NCBI GenBank assembly: GCA_000989185.1
Contig: LBNX01000002.1
Location: forward strand, 358,012-422,011
Source: a candidate division TM6 bacterium GW2011_GWF2_28_16
GTDB taxonomy: Bacteria > Babelota > Babeliae > Babelales > UASB340
Length of the DNA stretch: 64,000 bases
Direction: 5' to 3'
Shown: in pieces, positions 18,780-28,366 of the stretch
How positions within the stretch are numbered: the first letter of the stretch is position 1
Layout: each line of letters opens with the position of its first letter
The notes under the pieces: model-generated
The model's database searches: none
Told to the model about the DNA's origin: nothing
The model's input: the letters and a program-made list of their open reading frames with translations, nothing else
Program-made: the position numbers and the translations under genes

Positions 18780-20444
18780 GTGAGTTATAAATATTTACTT
18801 AATATTTTAATATTTTTAAATTTTATATTCTTAAATAATTTTGCAACTTCAGCTTCTGTAAAGTTTTATAATCAAACACAGCATATTTTAAAAATAGATT
18901 ATAAAGTTGCTGGTGTAAAAAAATGGTGTCACGAAAAATTAAATCCAGGTCAAAATAGTGGTCCTAGAGTTACAGCAAAAGAGGGTGGTAATTCTAGAAA
19001 TATAGATAAAATTATTGTTTGTGTTTTTGACCCAAAAACATATATCCCTTTGGATGATATAAAAATTTGGTCACGCAATGTTTTTGTTAAAGATAATCAA
19101 AAAACAAATATATATTTTAATATGGTTAACAATAAGCTGGTCAGAAAAATTAGTTGTGATGGAAAAATGCTAGAAAATTATGATCAGTTTAAGGGCCTAA
19201 AAAATAATTTAGATTATTTAAAAATATTATTAGATTCGTTATTTAACGGTGATTTTAATAAAACTTATAAAACAATTAATTCAGAAAATTTAAAAAAGCC
19301 AAGATCTTTTTTACGATTAGAACATGTTGCTTTTTTGGGCGCAAGAAATCCTGAGTTTTCTCGCGAAAATGGTTATAAATTATTAAATGAACAATATTAT
19401 GGATATGAAAAACTTTTTGATTTAGGTGTAAGAGCTTTTATATTAGATGGAGCTTTGGAAGATAACTTAAAAAAGTTAAATTATATTTTGAAATATAACA
19501 AAAATTATAGTTATTTAACTTTTATAACAGAACTATTGCATGCTAAAAAACAACAAGATAATGATTTTAGTTTATTAAAAATTAGTTTTGATAAATTAAA
19601 AAATATTTTGGATAAAAATAAAGAAGATATTATTTGTGTTGAATTACATAATTATTTTGATAAGCAATTAGTTGAGGAAATAATTAAAAATTCAGGCGTT
19701 CAGTCTATGGTTTTTACTCAAACAGAATGGGATATTATTAAAAATAAAGGTGAATGGCCTAATATTGAGTGGTTAATTAAAAATAATAAACGTTTGATTA
19801 TTTATTCTAATACATTAATATCTGATTTTATTTTTAATAAATTTATTACACAAATATCTAATGTAGGCATGACAAATATAAAACCAGATATTTTTGTCCA
19901 AAATCCTGAACATGATGTTGAAATTCAAAAATTAATTAAAGACATAGATGATCAAATTTCGGCCAAAAAAGCAGAACTTCCAAATTATAGATTTAATTCA
20001 AGAAAACAAGCAGATACATCACTAGAAATTAATTCTTTAGAATATAAATTAAAGAATTTGCATGTTATGAAGCATTTAGCAACTATAAATTTGTTCCCTG
20101 AAAAATTATTAAAAGATGCACAAGTTTATTTATTAAAAGCTATAAGTAAAATTAGAATTAATAAATTATCAAAATCTGGCGTAATTATTTCTGGATTGGA
20201 TGAGCTTATAAAGGCCTTTGTGAATATAAAATTATATTGGAGTATTGATTATAATATTTTAAATGAAAAAATATTATCAGATGTTGTAAGCCGTATAATT
20301 AATAATGGTTTATATGATACAAAATCTTTAAAGGGGCAAGTTCCAAATTTTATTTATCTTGATCAAATAAATTGGGGAAATAATCCATCTAGAATAATAA
20401 ATTCATTAAATACAGATTTTAAAAGTTTTAAAGCTTCAGCTTAA
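18780..20444 (+). CDS. Secreted protein with a central PLC-like phosphodiesterase (PI-PLC X-like TIM barrel) region; tentative
   Basis: SD AAGGGAG. N-terminal signal sequence. LEHVAFLGARNPEF...LFDLGVRAFILDG...ICVELHNYFD...WPNIEWLIKNNKRLIIYSN matches the layout of the Ca-independent PLC-like family as recalled. The usual HNS catalytic His position reads ARN. Confidence 0.45.
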   Translation: MSYKYLLNILIFLNFIFLNNFATSASVKFYNQTQHILKIDYKVAGVKKWCHEKLNPGQNSGPRVTAKEGGNSRNIDKIIVCVFDPKTYIPLDDIKIWSRNVFVKDNQKTNIYFNMVNNKLVRKISCDGKMLENYDQFKGLKNNLDYLKILLDSLFNGDFNKTYKTINSENLKKPRSFLRLEHVAFLGARNPEFSRENGYKLLNEQYYGYEKLFDLGVRAFILDGALEDNLKKLNYILKYNKNYSYLTFITELLHAKKQQDNDFSLLKISFDKLKNILDKNKEDIICVELHNYFDKQLVEEIIKNSGVQSMVFTQTEWDIIKNKGEWPNIEWLIKNNKRLIIYSNTLISDFIFNKFITQISNVGMTNIKPDIFVQNPEHDVEIQKLIKDIDDQISAKKAELPNYRFNSRKQADTSLEINSLEYKLKNLHVMKHLATINLFPEKLLKDAQVYLLKAISKIRINKLSKSGVIISGLDELIKAFVNIKLYWSIDYNILNEKILSDVVSRIINNGLYDTKSLKGQVPNFIYLDQINWGNNPSRIINSLNTDFKSFKASA

Positions 20445-20452
20445 ATAAAACT

Positions 20453-20496
20453 AAATAGTCCCGCAAATGATTTAAAATTTATTTGCGGGGCTATTT
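20453..20496. terminator. Bidirectional terminator between convergent 18780..20444 and lon
   Basis: AAATAGTCCCGCAAAT...ATTTGCGGGGCTATTT, a 16-bp stem with one mismatch. Confidence 0.75.
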
Positions 20497-20515
20497 AGTT
20501 GTGTTGATTAGATTT

Positions 20516-22864
20516 TTATATCTTTTTTAATAACACTCTGTCTAAAACATCTGCTGCACTATCTACCCAGAAAACATTTAGATCTTTATATATTTTTTCA
20601 TCGCTTTCATCTAAATCTTTTTGGTTAGATTTTGGAATTATTAAATTCTTAAGTCCACGTCTTTTTGCAGCTAAGATTTTCTCCTTTAATCCGCCAATAG
20701 GTAACACGTTACCTTGTAAGTTTAATTCTCCTGTCATGGCAAAGTTTGAGTTAACAGCTCTACCTGTATAAACAGAAAGAACTGAAGATAAAAGTGTTAT
20801 ACCTGCAGAAGGGCCATCTTTTGGAATTGCTCCAGCTGGTAAATGTATATGTAAGTCGAATTTATCAAATACATCATCATGTATTCCAAATAGCTGTGCA
20901 TGAGCTTTTGCATAAGTTACAGCTGCTTGTGCCGATTCTTTCATAACATCGCCAAGCTGGCCGGTTAAAATTAACTTGCCATTGCCATGCATTAAAACAG
21001 CTTCGACTTGTAAAACTTCACCACCGTATGGTGTCCATGCAAGCCCATTTGTTACACCAATTTTGTCTATATGATTTCCATCTTCATCTAGAACACGTTT
21101 TGCGCCAAGATGTTTTCTTAAACTTTCGCTATTAAAACTAATGGCTTGTTTAGTTTCTACAAGAGAACGTGCAAATTTTGAACATAATTTTGTTATAAAT
21201 CGTTCAAGTTCTCGAACGCCAGCTTCTCTTGTGTAGCCCATTACTATTTCACTAACAATATTATCTTGTAAATTAAAACCTTTATCTTCTAATCCAGATT
21301 TTTTTATAGCTTTTTCTATTAAATGTTTTTTAGCGATTTCTATTTTTTCTTCATGCGTGTAACCAGGTAATTGTATAATTTCCATTCGATCTCTTAATGG
21401 TTCTGGTATTCCAGAAAGATCATTGGCTGTTGTAATAAATAATGTTTTAGAAAGATCAAAATGAACACCTAAATAATTATCATAAAAAGTGTTATTTTGT
21501 TCAGGATCTAAAACTTCTAAAAGAGCTGCAGAAGGATCACCTCTTTGTGATTGACCAATTTTATCTATTTCATCTATCATAATTAAAGGGTTTAAACTTC
21601 CTGCTTTTTTAACAGCTTGAATAAATCTTCCAGGCAAAGCTCCAACATAAGTTCTTCTGTGGCCACGAATTTCTGATTCATCATGAACGCCACCTAAAGA
21701 TAAACGAATAAATTTTCTGCCAAGAGCTTTGGCTATAGATTTACCCAACGAAGTTTTACCAACCCCTGGAGGACCTGCAAGGCATAATATAGGAGTATCG
21801 CAATCTTCTTTTAAAGCTCTTACTGATAAAAAGTCTAGCAATCTATCTTTTACTAGCTCTAGGCCTGCATGATCTTCATCTAATATTTTTTTTGCATTTT
21901 CAATATCTATATTATCTTTTGTTGTTATTCCCCATGGTAAATTTACTAACCATTCAATATGGTTTCTAAGTACAGTTGATTCCATAGAATCGGGACTTGT
22001 TCTTTCAAGCCTGCGTAATTGTCTGATAGCTTCTTCTTTAGCTTCTTCATCCATAGGCAATTCAGCTATTTTTGCTTTTAAGCCTTCCATTTCGGATTCA
22101 ACTTCATCACCTAATTCTTTATGAATACTTTTTAATTGTTCGCGTAAGTAATATTCTCTTTGAGATTTATTTATAGATTCGCGAGTATTACTTTGGATGT
22201 TTTCTTGAATTTTACTTATTTCTACTTCATTAGTTAATTGATCATAGATAGTTTTATATGTATCTATCATCGTTTCTTTTTCTAACAGTTCTTGGGCTTG
22301 GGCAACATTCATGTTTAAATGAGAAACTATAAACTCTGCAATTTTTTCTGGCTCTTGCATTTGAGATATTAATATTTGAAAATCAGGTCCAAATATTTTA
22401 CCTGTAGCAGAAAGTTGTTCTATTAATGCTATAATTTTTCGTTGCAAAGCCATAAGCTCGTTTTGGTCTTCTTTAGTGATATCATGATTTATAGGTTTAA
22501 TTATTGCATACAAAGAAGTTTCATCTTGATCTATTTCTTGAACAAATGCTTTAGAAATACCCTGGGCAAGAATTTTTATTCCGCCGTCAGGTAATTGCAT
22601 TGTTCTCATTATATTAGCAATTGTGCCTGTTTTATAAAGATCTTCAATTCCAATAGGTCCTGAGCTATCTTCTGGTTGTTTTGCAGCTAAAAGTACAATT
22701 TTTTTGTCCCCTTCTAGCGCCTCATTTACACCCTCTATAATTTTTTCATCCAAAATTAAAAGAGGTACGACCATATTTGGAAAAACAACTACATCTATTG
22801 TTGGTACAATAGGCAAGCGATTGGGAATTTTTTCTTGTATTGTCTTCTTGTTTGGTTTCTTCAT
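20516..22864 (-). CDS. lon: ATP-dependent Lon protease
   Basis: Walker A GPPGVGKTS, Walker B MIDEIDK, protease Ser context KDGPSAGITL. Full-length LonA architecture. Confidence 0.97.
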   Translation of the reverse strand: MKKPNKKTIQEKIPNRLPIVPTIDVVVFPNMVVPLLILDEKIIEGVNEALEGDKKIVLLAAKQPEDSSGPIGIEDLYKTGTIANIMRTMQLPDGGIKILAQGISKAFVQEIDQDETSLYAIIKPINHDITKEDQNELMALQRKIIALIEQLSATGKIFGPDFQILISQMQEPEKIAEFIVSHLNMNVAQAQELLEKETMIDTYKTIYDQLTNEVEISKIQENIQSNTRESINKSQREYYLREQLKSIHKELGDEVESEMEGLKAKIAELPMDEEAKEEAIRQLRRLERTSPDSMESTVLRNHIEWLVNLPWGITTKDNIDIENAKKILDEDHAGLELVKDRLLDFLSVRALKEDCDTPILCLAGPPGVGKTSLGKSIAKALGRKFIRLSLGGVHDESEIRGHRRTYVGALPGRFIQAVKKAGSLNPLIMIDEIDKIGQSQRGDPSAALLEVLDPEQNNTFYDNYLGVHFDLSKTLFITTANDLSGIPEPLRDRMEIIQLPGYTHEEKIEIAKKHLIEKAIKKSGLEDKGFNLQDNIVSEIVMGYTREAGVRELERFITKLCSKFARSLVETKQAISFNSESLRKHLGAKRVLDEDGNHIDKIGVTNGLAWTPYGGEVLQVEAVLMHGNGKLILTGQLGDVMKESAQAAVTYAKAHAQLFGIHDDVFDKFDLHIHLPAGAIPKDGPSAGITLLSSVLSVYTGRAVNSNFAMTGELNLQGNVLPIGGLKEKILAAKRRGLKNLIIPKSNQKDLDESDEKIYKDLNVFWVDSAADVLDRVLLKKI

Positions 22865-23002
22865 TGGCCCCTCCCCATATTTTTTTTTATTTTCCCTAAA
22901 TTTCCCCTAATGTTTACAGATGCATTATAAAAAATTATTTTGGTATAATTCAATAATATTAATAATAGTTGAAATTGTTTTTATTTTATAAGGGGATTTG
23001 AT

Positions 23003-23677
23003 TTGAAGATAAACAATTTAATTGCAAAAAAATTGGTCAAAAGTTTTTGGGATGGCGATAAAGAATTAAAAGTTATTAAAAATATAGATTTTGAATTTAA
23101 ACGTGGGGCATCTTATGCCATAACAGGAGCTTCTGGATCTGGTAAGTCTACTTTAATTCACTTATTAGGCGGGCTTGATACTCCTACAGGTGGCCAAGTT
23201 CTTTTTGATAATAAAAATATTTTTAAGTTAAAACAAAGAGAAAAAGAAAAAACTTTAAGTTTAAGTTTAGGTTTTGTTTTTCAATTTCACTATTTAATAA
23301 AAGAACTAACAGTATTAGAAAATATAATTTTGCCTGGGTTAATTTTAGAAAAATCTAAAAAAGAATCTATACAAAAAGCAGAATTACTGTTAAATAAAGT
23401 TGGTCTTACAGAAAAACGAGATAGTTATCCAACACAACTTTCGGGTGGTGAGCAACAAAGAGTGTCTATTTTGAGAGCAATTTTTAACGAACCATCTTTT
23501 TTGTTGGCAGATGAGCCAACCGGAGATTTGGATGTTCAAAATGCACAAATTATTACAGACTTGTTGTTAACTTGCCAAAAAGAGTGGGGTATGGGTTTAA
23601 TTTTATCTTCGCATGATAGTTTAGTGTATGAAAAAATGACAAATATTTTAAAACTTGAAAACGGGATATTAAGATGA
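23003..23677 (+). CDS. ABC transporter ATP-binding protein, LolD/FtsE/MacB-type
   Basis: GASGSGKSTL, LSGGEQQRVSILRA, LLADEPTGDLD. TTG start with SD AAGGGGA. No permease gene is adjacent. Confidence 0.8.
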   Translation: MKINNLIAKKLVKSFWDGDKELKVIKNIDFEFKRGASYAITGASGSGKSTLIHLLGGLDTPTGGQVLFDNKNIFKLKQREKEKTLSLSLGFVFQFHYLIKELTVLENIILPGLILEKSKKESIQKAELLLNKVGLTEKRDSYPTQLSGGEQQRVSILRAIFNEPSFLLADEPTGDLDVQNAQIITDLLLTCQKEWGMGLILSSHDSLVYEKMTNILKLENGILR

Positions 23678-25236
23678 GTTTGAATTTATCAAAAAAAGCG
23701 ATTTTAAAAAAAACAGCACAATTTGGATTTGTAACATTTTTTAGTAGAATTTTAGGTATAATACGAGAAATGCTTGTTGCTCGTATTTTGGGTGTGGGTG
23801 TAATTTCTGACGCTTTTTTAACAGCATTAAAATTGCCTAGTTTTTTAAGACGAATTTTAGCTGAGGGCTCACTTTCTGCGGCGTTTGTTCCGGTTTTTGT
23901 TCGTAAAGTTAAAGAGGGAGACAAACAAGAGGCAAATGGATTAATGTCTGCTACATTCTTGTTTTTTGAGGGTATCGTTTTTTTGTTAATAATTTTTGTC
24001 GCATTTTTCCCTAATCTTGTTTTTATGGTAGCAGCACCAGGTTTTACACAAGAACAATTAACTTATGCTGTACCATTTTTGCGCATACTATTTCCAATGA
24101 TATTTTTCTTTTCAGCAAGTGCTCTTTTAGCTGGTGCTTTAAATTCTGTTAATCATGTTTTAATACCTGCGCTTGGACCTGTAATAAATAATATATTTTT
24201 TATAGCATTTTTATTGGGTGCAAAGTTTTTAAATTTTTCTGTAACCACAGTTTGTTTTGGTGTTTTATTGTCTAGTTTTGTTGTATTTTTAATTCATGTT
24301 TATGCTTATTTAAAATATAATTTTAGTTTTTCACATCCAACACAAGAGTCTATTAAATCTTTAAAATCTGTTATAAAAAAATTTGTACCAAGTTTATTTG
24401 GGGTTAGCATTATAGAAATTAATTTATTTGTAGATACTTCTGTAGCATCTTTTTTAAATGCAGGTAGCATTTCTATGCTAACTTATGCTGGTAGATTTAT
24501 GAATATGCCAATAGGTATTTTTGCTGTAAGTTTTGCAACTATTTTGTTACCACATTTTTCTCGTTGTGCAACATATGCTCCTAAAAGATTAAATTTTCAA
24601 ATATTAGAGACTACAAAATTTATAACTTGGTTGCTTTTGCCCACTATGATATTTTTAATGTTTGTTTCGCAAGAAATTTTTACTAACTTAATGTTTGGTA
24701 AAGCTACAACTTTGCAAAATTCTATGACAGCTAAGTGGCTATTAATAATATATTTAAGCGCACTTGTATTTTATGCATTAAATAAAATTCTTGTTAATGT
24801 CTTTTATGCTTTACACGATACGGTAAGTCCAACTATAGCACTTGCAATATCAGCTGTTATAAATTTAATATTAAATATTACTGGTATGTATTATTTGGGT
24901 ATATATGGTATTGCTGCAGCCACATCTGTTGCAGGTATCGTTCTTACTATATTGTATTTTTATTTTTTAAATAAAAAATTTAATTTTAAATTTTATTATG
25001 CAAATTATTTTAAATTTTTGGCAAAATATTTATTACAAATTATTTTTGTTAGTGCACTGTTTTTAGTTATTTATTGCGCTATATTTTTTGCTTTGGGTTA
25101 TACACAGTATTTTAATTTTTTTAAAAATACTGTTGGTTATTGGCTTATTGTTTCGCCTCTTGTAGTTTTTGCGGCATTTTTACTTTATAAAACTAAAAAG
25201 TTATTTGGTGTCAAAATTTATTATTTATCAAAATAG
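23674..25236 (+). CDS. murJ: Lipid II flippase MurJ (MviN)
   Basis: SRILGIIREMLVARILGVGVISDAFLTALKLPSFLRRILAEGSLSAAFVPVF is the typical MurJ N-terminus; about 14 TM segments. Start overlaps the upstream stop (ATGA). Confidence 0.9.
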   Translation: MSLNLSKKAILKKTAQFGFVTFFSRILGIIREMLVARILGVGVISDAFLTALKLPSFLRRILAEGSLSAAFVPVFVRKVKEGDKQEANGLMSATFLFFEGIVFLLIIFVAFFPNLVFMVAAPGFTQEQLTYAVPFLRILFPMIFFFSASALLAGALNSVNHVLIPALGPVINNIFFIAFLLGAKFLNFSVTTVCFGVLLSSFVVFLIHVYAYLKYNFSFSHPTQESIKSLKSVIKKFVPSLFGVSIIEINLFVDTSVASFLNAGSISMLTYAGRFMNMPIGIFAVSFATILLPHFSRCATYAPKRLNFQILETTKFITWLLLPTMIFLMFVSQEIFTNLMFGKATTLQNSMTAKWLLIIYLSALVFYALNKILVNVFYALHDTVSPTIALAISAVINLILNITGMYYLGIYGIAAATSVAGIVLTILYFYFLNKKFNFKFYYANYFKFLAKYLLQIIFVSALFLVIYCAIFFALGYTQYFNFFKNTVGYWLIVSPLVVFAAFLLYKTKKLFGVKIYYLSK

Positions 25237-25320
25237 TTTTCAATAAATTTTTAACTTGGCGTTAATTAAAAGATATATTAATATATTCTCTTGATGTAAT
25301 TATTTAAAAAAAGGGCCAGT

Positions 25321-28299
25321 ATGAAGTTTAAATTTTCTTTAAAATATTTTTTATTATCGTCTTGTACTTTATTATTTTTTTATTATTTAAATTCTTCTAT
25401 ATCGACAGAAGTTGTTAATTTTGTTTTAACTCAAGATAAAGAAGCTAAGATAGAAATTCCAAAAGAGTTTGAACATGTTAAGTTTTTGGCCAATCTTGAA
25501 ATTCAAGAAGCAGATAAAACTATTACACGTTATCTTGCAGGATTAGGAACTGCAAGTTTTGCAGCAAATGCTTTTTATGCAGCAAATTATTTTTATTTGG
25601 GTGCAAGTTCTCCAAATCCTGGTACGTCTGCTATTGTTAATATTAGATTAAATGCAGGTACTACTCCAGATTTAAATACTCTTGAATTTGTGCCATTAGC
25701 ACCACAAACTGCATATTTAAATGGTATTAAAGAAAATGATAAATATGTAAAAAAAGATAATCCTGTTTATGACAAACGTATTGATAAATTAACTTTGCAA
25801 AGCAATAAACCAGTTGTAACTTTACTTGATCAAACAAATATAGAAGGCTGGGTTTCTGGAAATCCTGTTTTGGCTGGAGAGTGTGTTTGCTTGATTGATA
25901 ATCAAGCTGATGGTAGTTCTGTTAAAACTAATATTATAAAAATTAATGATTCCAATAATGCTGCAACTAATAGTGTTGTTGGTTTGGCTGCAACTTCAGA
26001 TAAGATTATTGCAGCTGTAAAATCAAATGCTGGTAGCTTTGGTGATGATAATGCAGGTTTTGCTGTTTTGATTCAAGAAGATAGTAAGCTAAAGCCAATT
26101 AATGCTCAAACAGGCGATAATGCAGGTAATCTTGCAGTTAAATTAGCTGTTGGTGCAGATTTACTTTTTGCAATTGATCAAGCTGCGGCTAGTGCTGGAG
26201 TTGATGCTGCTGAACTTGGTGATATGTACTGGGATTCAAGTTTGCAAAGATTATTTATTGGTCTTAAGAATGCTAAAAAAGATAATGGGTTGGTGGCTGG
26301 TGGCATAGTCTCTATTTTAGTTGGGCGTTTTAATGATAATGGTTCTTTAGCTATTGAACCGGCTATTTCATTAACCAGTGCATTATTTACACTTGATTCT
26401 GTTAATCACATTTTGGGCTTTTATAGCAACAATGATCTTCGTGCTGATGTTTACAAATTAAAAACAATGACAACTAGCACAAATAAAAATTATTTAATAG
26501 TTAATTCAAGTGTTGGCTTAGCGCAAGAAAAAAATAAAATTTATGCATTGCCAATTCTTGGCATAAAGTTAAGTGATGGTACAACTGTTACACCCGTTGC
26601 CAATGTTGGTAAAGTTGCAAGCAAAAATAATCATGATGCAGTTGTTGCTGCTAATGCAGATATGACTTTAGCTGGTGATGCAGCAGCTTTAGTTGGTGGT
26701 GGCGCGTTGCCAACTTCACCAGATGATGCAGCTGTAAAAGTTACAGATATTTATGTCGTAAATGATACTGTTTTTGTTTCATTATCTGGTGATAGAACGT
26801 TAGATATCCATGGTAATGTTATGGAATCTGGAATTTTTAAGAGCACTGCAATCTTGAATGCGAATGGCGAAATCCGCGCTTGGTCACCATGGCAACGTGT
26901 GATGGGAAATACGGACAAAGTCTATGGCTTTGGTTTTGATGTAACCGGAGCAAACTATTGGTATTTTACAGGAGCTGATGCAGCGAATGCAAATACAGCA
27001 AAAATTACTCAGTGGGGCAAGGGCGTTGCTCAAGCTGGTACAATGGGTAATGGACTTACAACCATTTTAAAAGATGAGTTTACACAAGCTAATGCTGGTG
27101 TGCATCAGATATTTAATTTTGATGAATATACGCCAAGCATAGCAAGAACTGGTGCAGCAGATAGAATGTCTTTTATGGCGTGCTTGGGATACAAAAAAAT
27201 TGCGTTAGTGCAAACAGGAGCAAATGTTAATGCAGGTGGCATTAATGCTTTTACGCCTACAAATTTATTTGAAGAAGGCGTGAATACTTTTATTTTAAAT
27301 GATCAAGCATTAAACGATCTTGGACCAATTTGTTGTGCAGATGTTTCTCGGGTTAACGCTGTTGCAGATTCTGGTTGGTTATTTGTTGGTGGTTATAACG
27401 GCATTGCAGTGTTACGTAAAGGTGGGGATGTTGTAGGTGTTAGAGGTAAGGGGTGGGATGGTAGAGTTGATCAGGCTGCAGTTAATTTAGCAACGGTTGC
27501 TGGTTGGTCATTTAAAGAAATTGGTAATTTTTCTAATGTAAGAAAGTTACTTGCAGATTCTCCAGATGGCGGATTATGGTTTTATGTTATGACTATGAAT
27601 AATCTTTATAGATTTGAAATGGATAGTGAAAAATTTAAAGATAGTGCTGTTGTTGCCGATTTATTAGCAAGAACGATTACACCTCCTCCTGGATATTTAT
27701 TAGACATGTTAATATTTAGACGCGAAAATCAAGATACAAGATTACTTGTTGCAACAACACAGGGTTTATTTTATTCAAATGCTATTAATGATGCTAATGT
27801 AGATAAAATTGGTGTTAATGCACCAGTTTGGACGCGAGTAAATTTAAACTCTGGCACAGCATTTTCAAAACCTGTAGCACATTTAAGTTTTATAGATGTA
27901 CAAAAGGGTGGTTATACTACTAATGGTAATTTATATGCACTAGCTGCAGACTTAGCATTAAATATGGCTACAGTTTATAGATTTGATGTTAACGCTGGAG
28001 TGATTACAGCAACAAAAGAAAATTCTGGAACAGATTACTTTTATTCTTTTGGTGAATTAAGATCAAATTTTACAACAGATGGTGCTCTTGGCTTTAGTAT
28101 GCTTTCTAAGCATTTTGATAAAGTACAATTTTTGCGTTCAATAAGAATGTCTTATATACAAAGTTATATTAGAAGTACAGAGACTAATTTAAATTTAAAT
28201 GTAGAAAGTAATGCATATAATATTGGTGTAATGACATTAAATACTGCTTCTGGTGGTTGGGTTATTCCTGGCGACTGGGGCATAAGGGTTAGTGAGTAG
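25321..28299 (+). CDS. Large (992 aa) secreted Ala/Gly/Asn/Thr/Val-rich protein; candidate surface-layer or adhesin protein
   Basis: N-terminal signal-like segment. Few Cys or charged runs. Long uninterrupted ORF. Composition resembles beta-rich surface proteins. No catalytic motif recognised. Confidence 0.7.
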   Translation: MKFKFSLKYFLLSSCTLLFFYYLNSSISTEVVNFVLTQDKEAKIEIPKEFEHVKFLANLEIQEADKTITRYLAGLGTASFAANAFYAANYFYLGASSPNPGTSAIVNIRLNAGTTPDLNTLEFVPLAPQTAYLNGIKENDKYVKKDNPVYDKRIDKLTLQSNKPVVTLLDQTNIEGWVSGNPVLAGECVCLIDNQADGSSVKTNIIKINDSNNAATNSVVGLAATSDKIIAAVKSNAGSFGDDNAGFAVLIQEDSKLKPINAQTGDNAGNLAVKLAVGADLLFAIDQAAASAGVDAAELGDMYWDSSLQRLFIGLKNAKKDNGLVAGGIVSILVGRFNDNGSLAIEPAISLTSALFTLDSVNHILGFYSNNDLRADVYKLKTMTTSTNKNYLIVNSSVGLAQEKNKIYALPILGIKLSDGTTVTPVANVGKVASKNNHDAVVAANADMTLAGDAAALVGGGALPTSPDDAAVKVTDIYVVNDTVFVSLSGDRTLDIHGNVMESGIFKSTAILNANGEIRAWSPWQRVMGNTDKVYGFGFDVTGANYWYFTGADAANANTAKITQWGKGVAQAGTMGNGLTTILKDEFTQANAGVHQIFNFDEYTPSIARTGAADRMSFMACLGYKKIALVQTGANVNAGGINAFTPTNLFEEGVNTFILNDQALNDLGPICCADVSRVNAVADSGWLFVGGYNGIAVLRKGGDVVGVRGKGWDGRVDQAAVNLATVAGWSFKEIGNFSNVRKLLADSPDGGLWFYVMTMNNLYRFEMDSEKFKDSAVVADLLARTITPPPGYLLDMLIFRRENQDTRLLVATTQGLFYSNAINDANVDKIGVNAPVWTRVNLNSGTAFSKPVAHLSFIDVQKGGYTTNGNLYALAADLALNMATVYRFDVNAGVITATKENSGTDYFYSFGELRSNFTTDGALGFSMLSKHFDKVQFLRSIRMSYIQSYIRSTETNLNLNVESNAYNIGVMTLNTASGGWVIPGDWGIRVSE

Positions 28300-28307
28300 A
28301 TTTAGGA

Positions 28308-28339
28308 CTAGATCCCGGATCGGGGTCCGGGATGACAAG
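28308..28339 (+). repeat. GC-rich hairpin element, family H (CCGG-arm variant)
   Basis: CTAG-ATCCCGGA-TCGGGG-TCCGGGAT-GACAAG, a perfect 8-bp stem, in the 67-nt gap between the 992-aa gene and the OMP gene. Confidence 0.85.
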
Positions 28340-28366
28340 TGCCCGTAAGAATAACAGGAACTGTTT

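Noticed and set aside
23553-23924. 123-aa ORF on the minus strand spanning the lolD-like/murJ junction.
   Set aside because: It is antisense to two strongly supported genes and has no start context or recognisable motifs.
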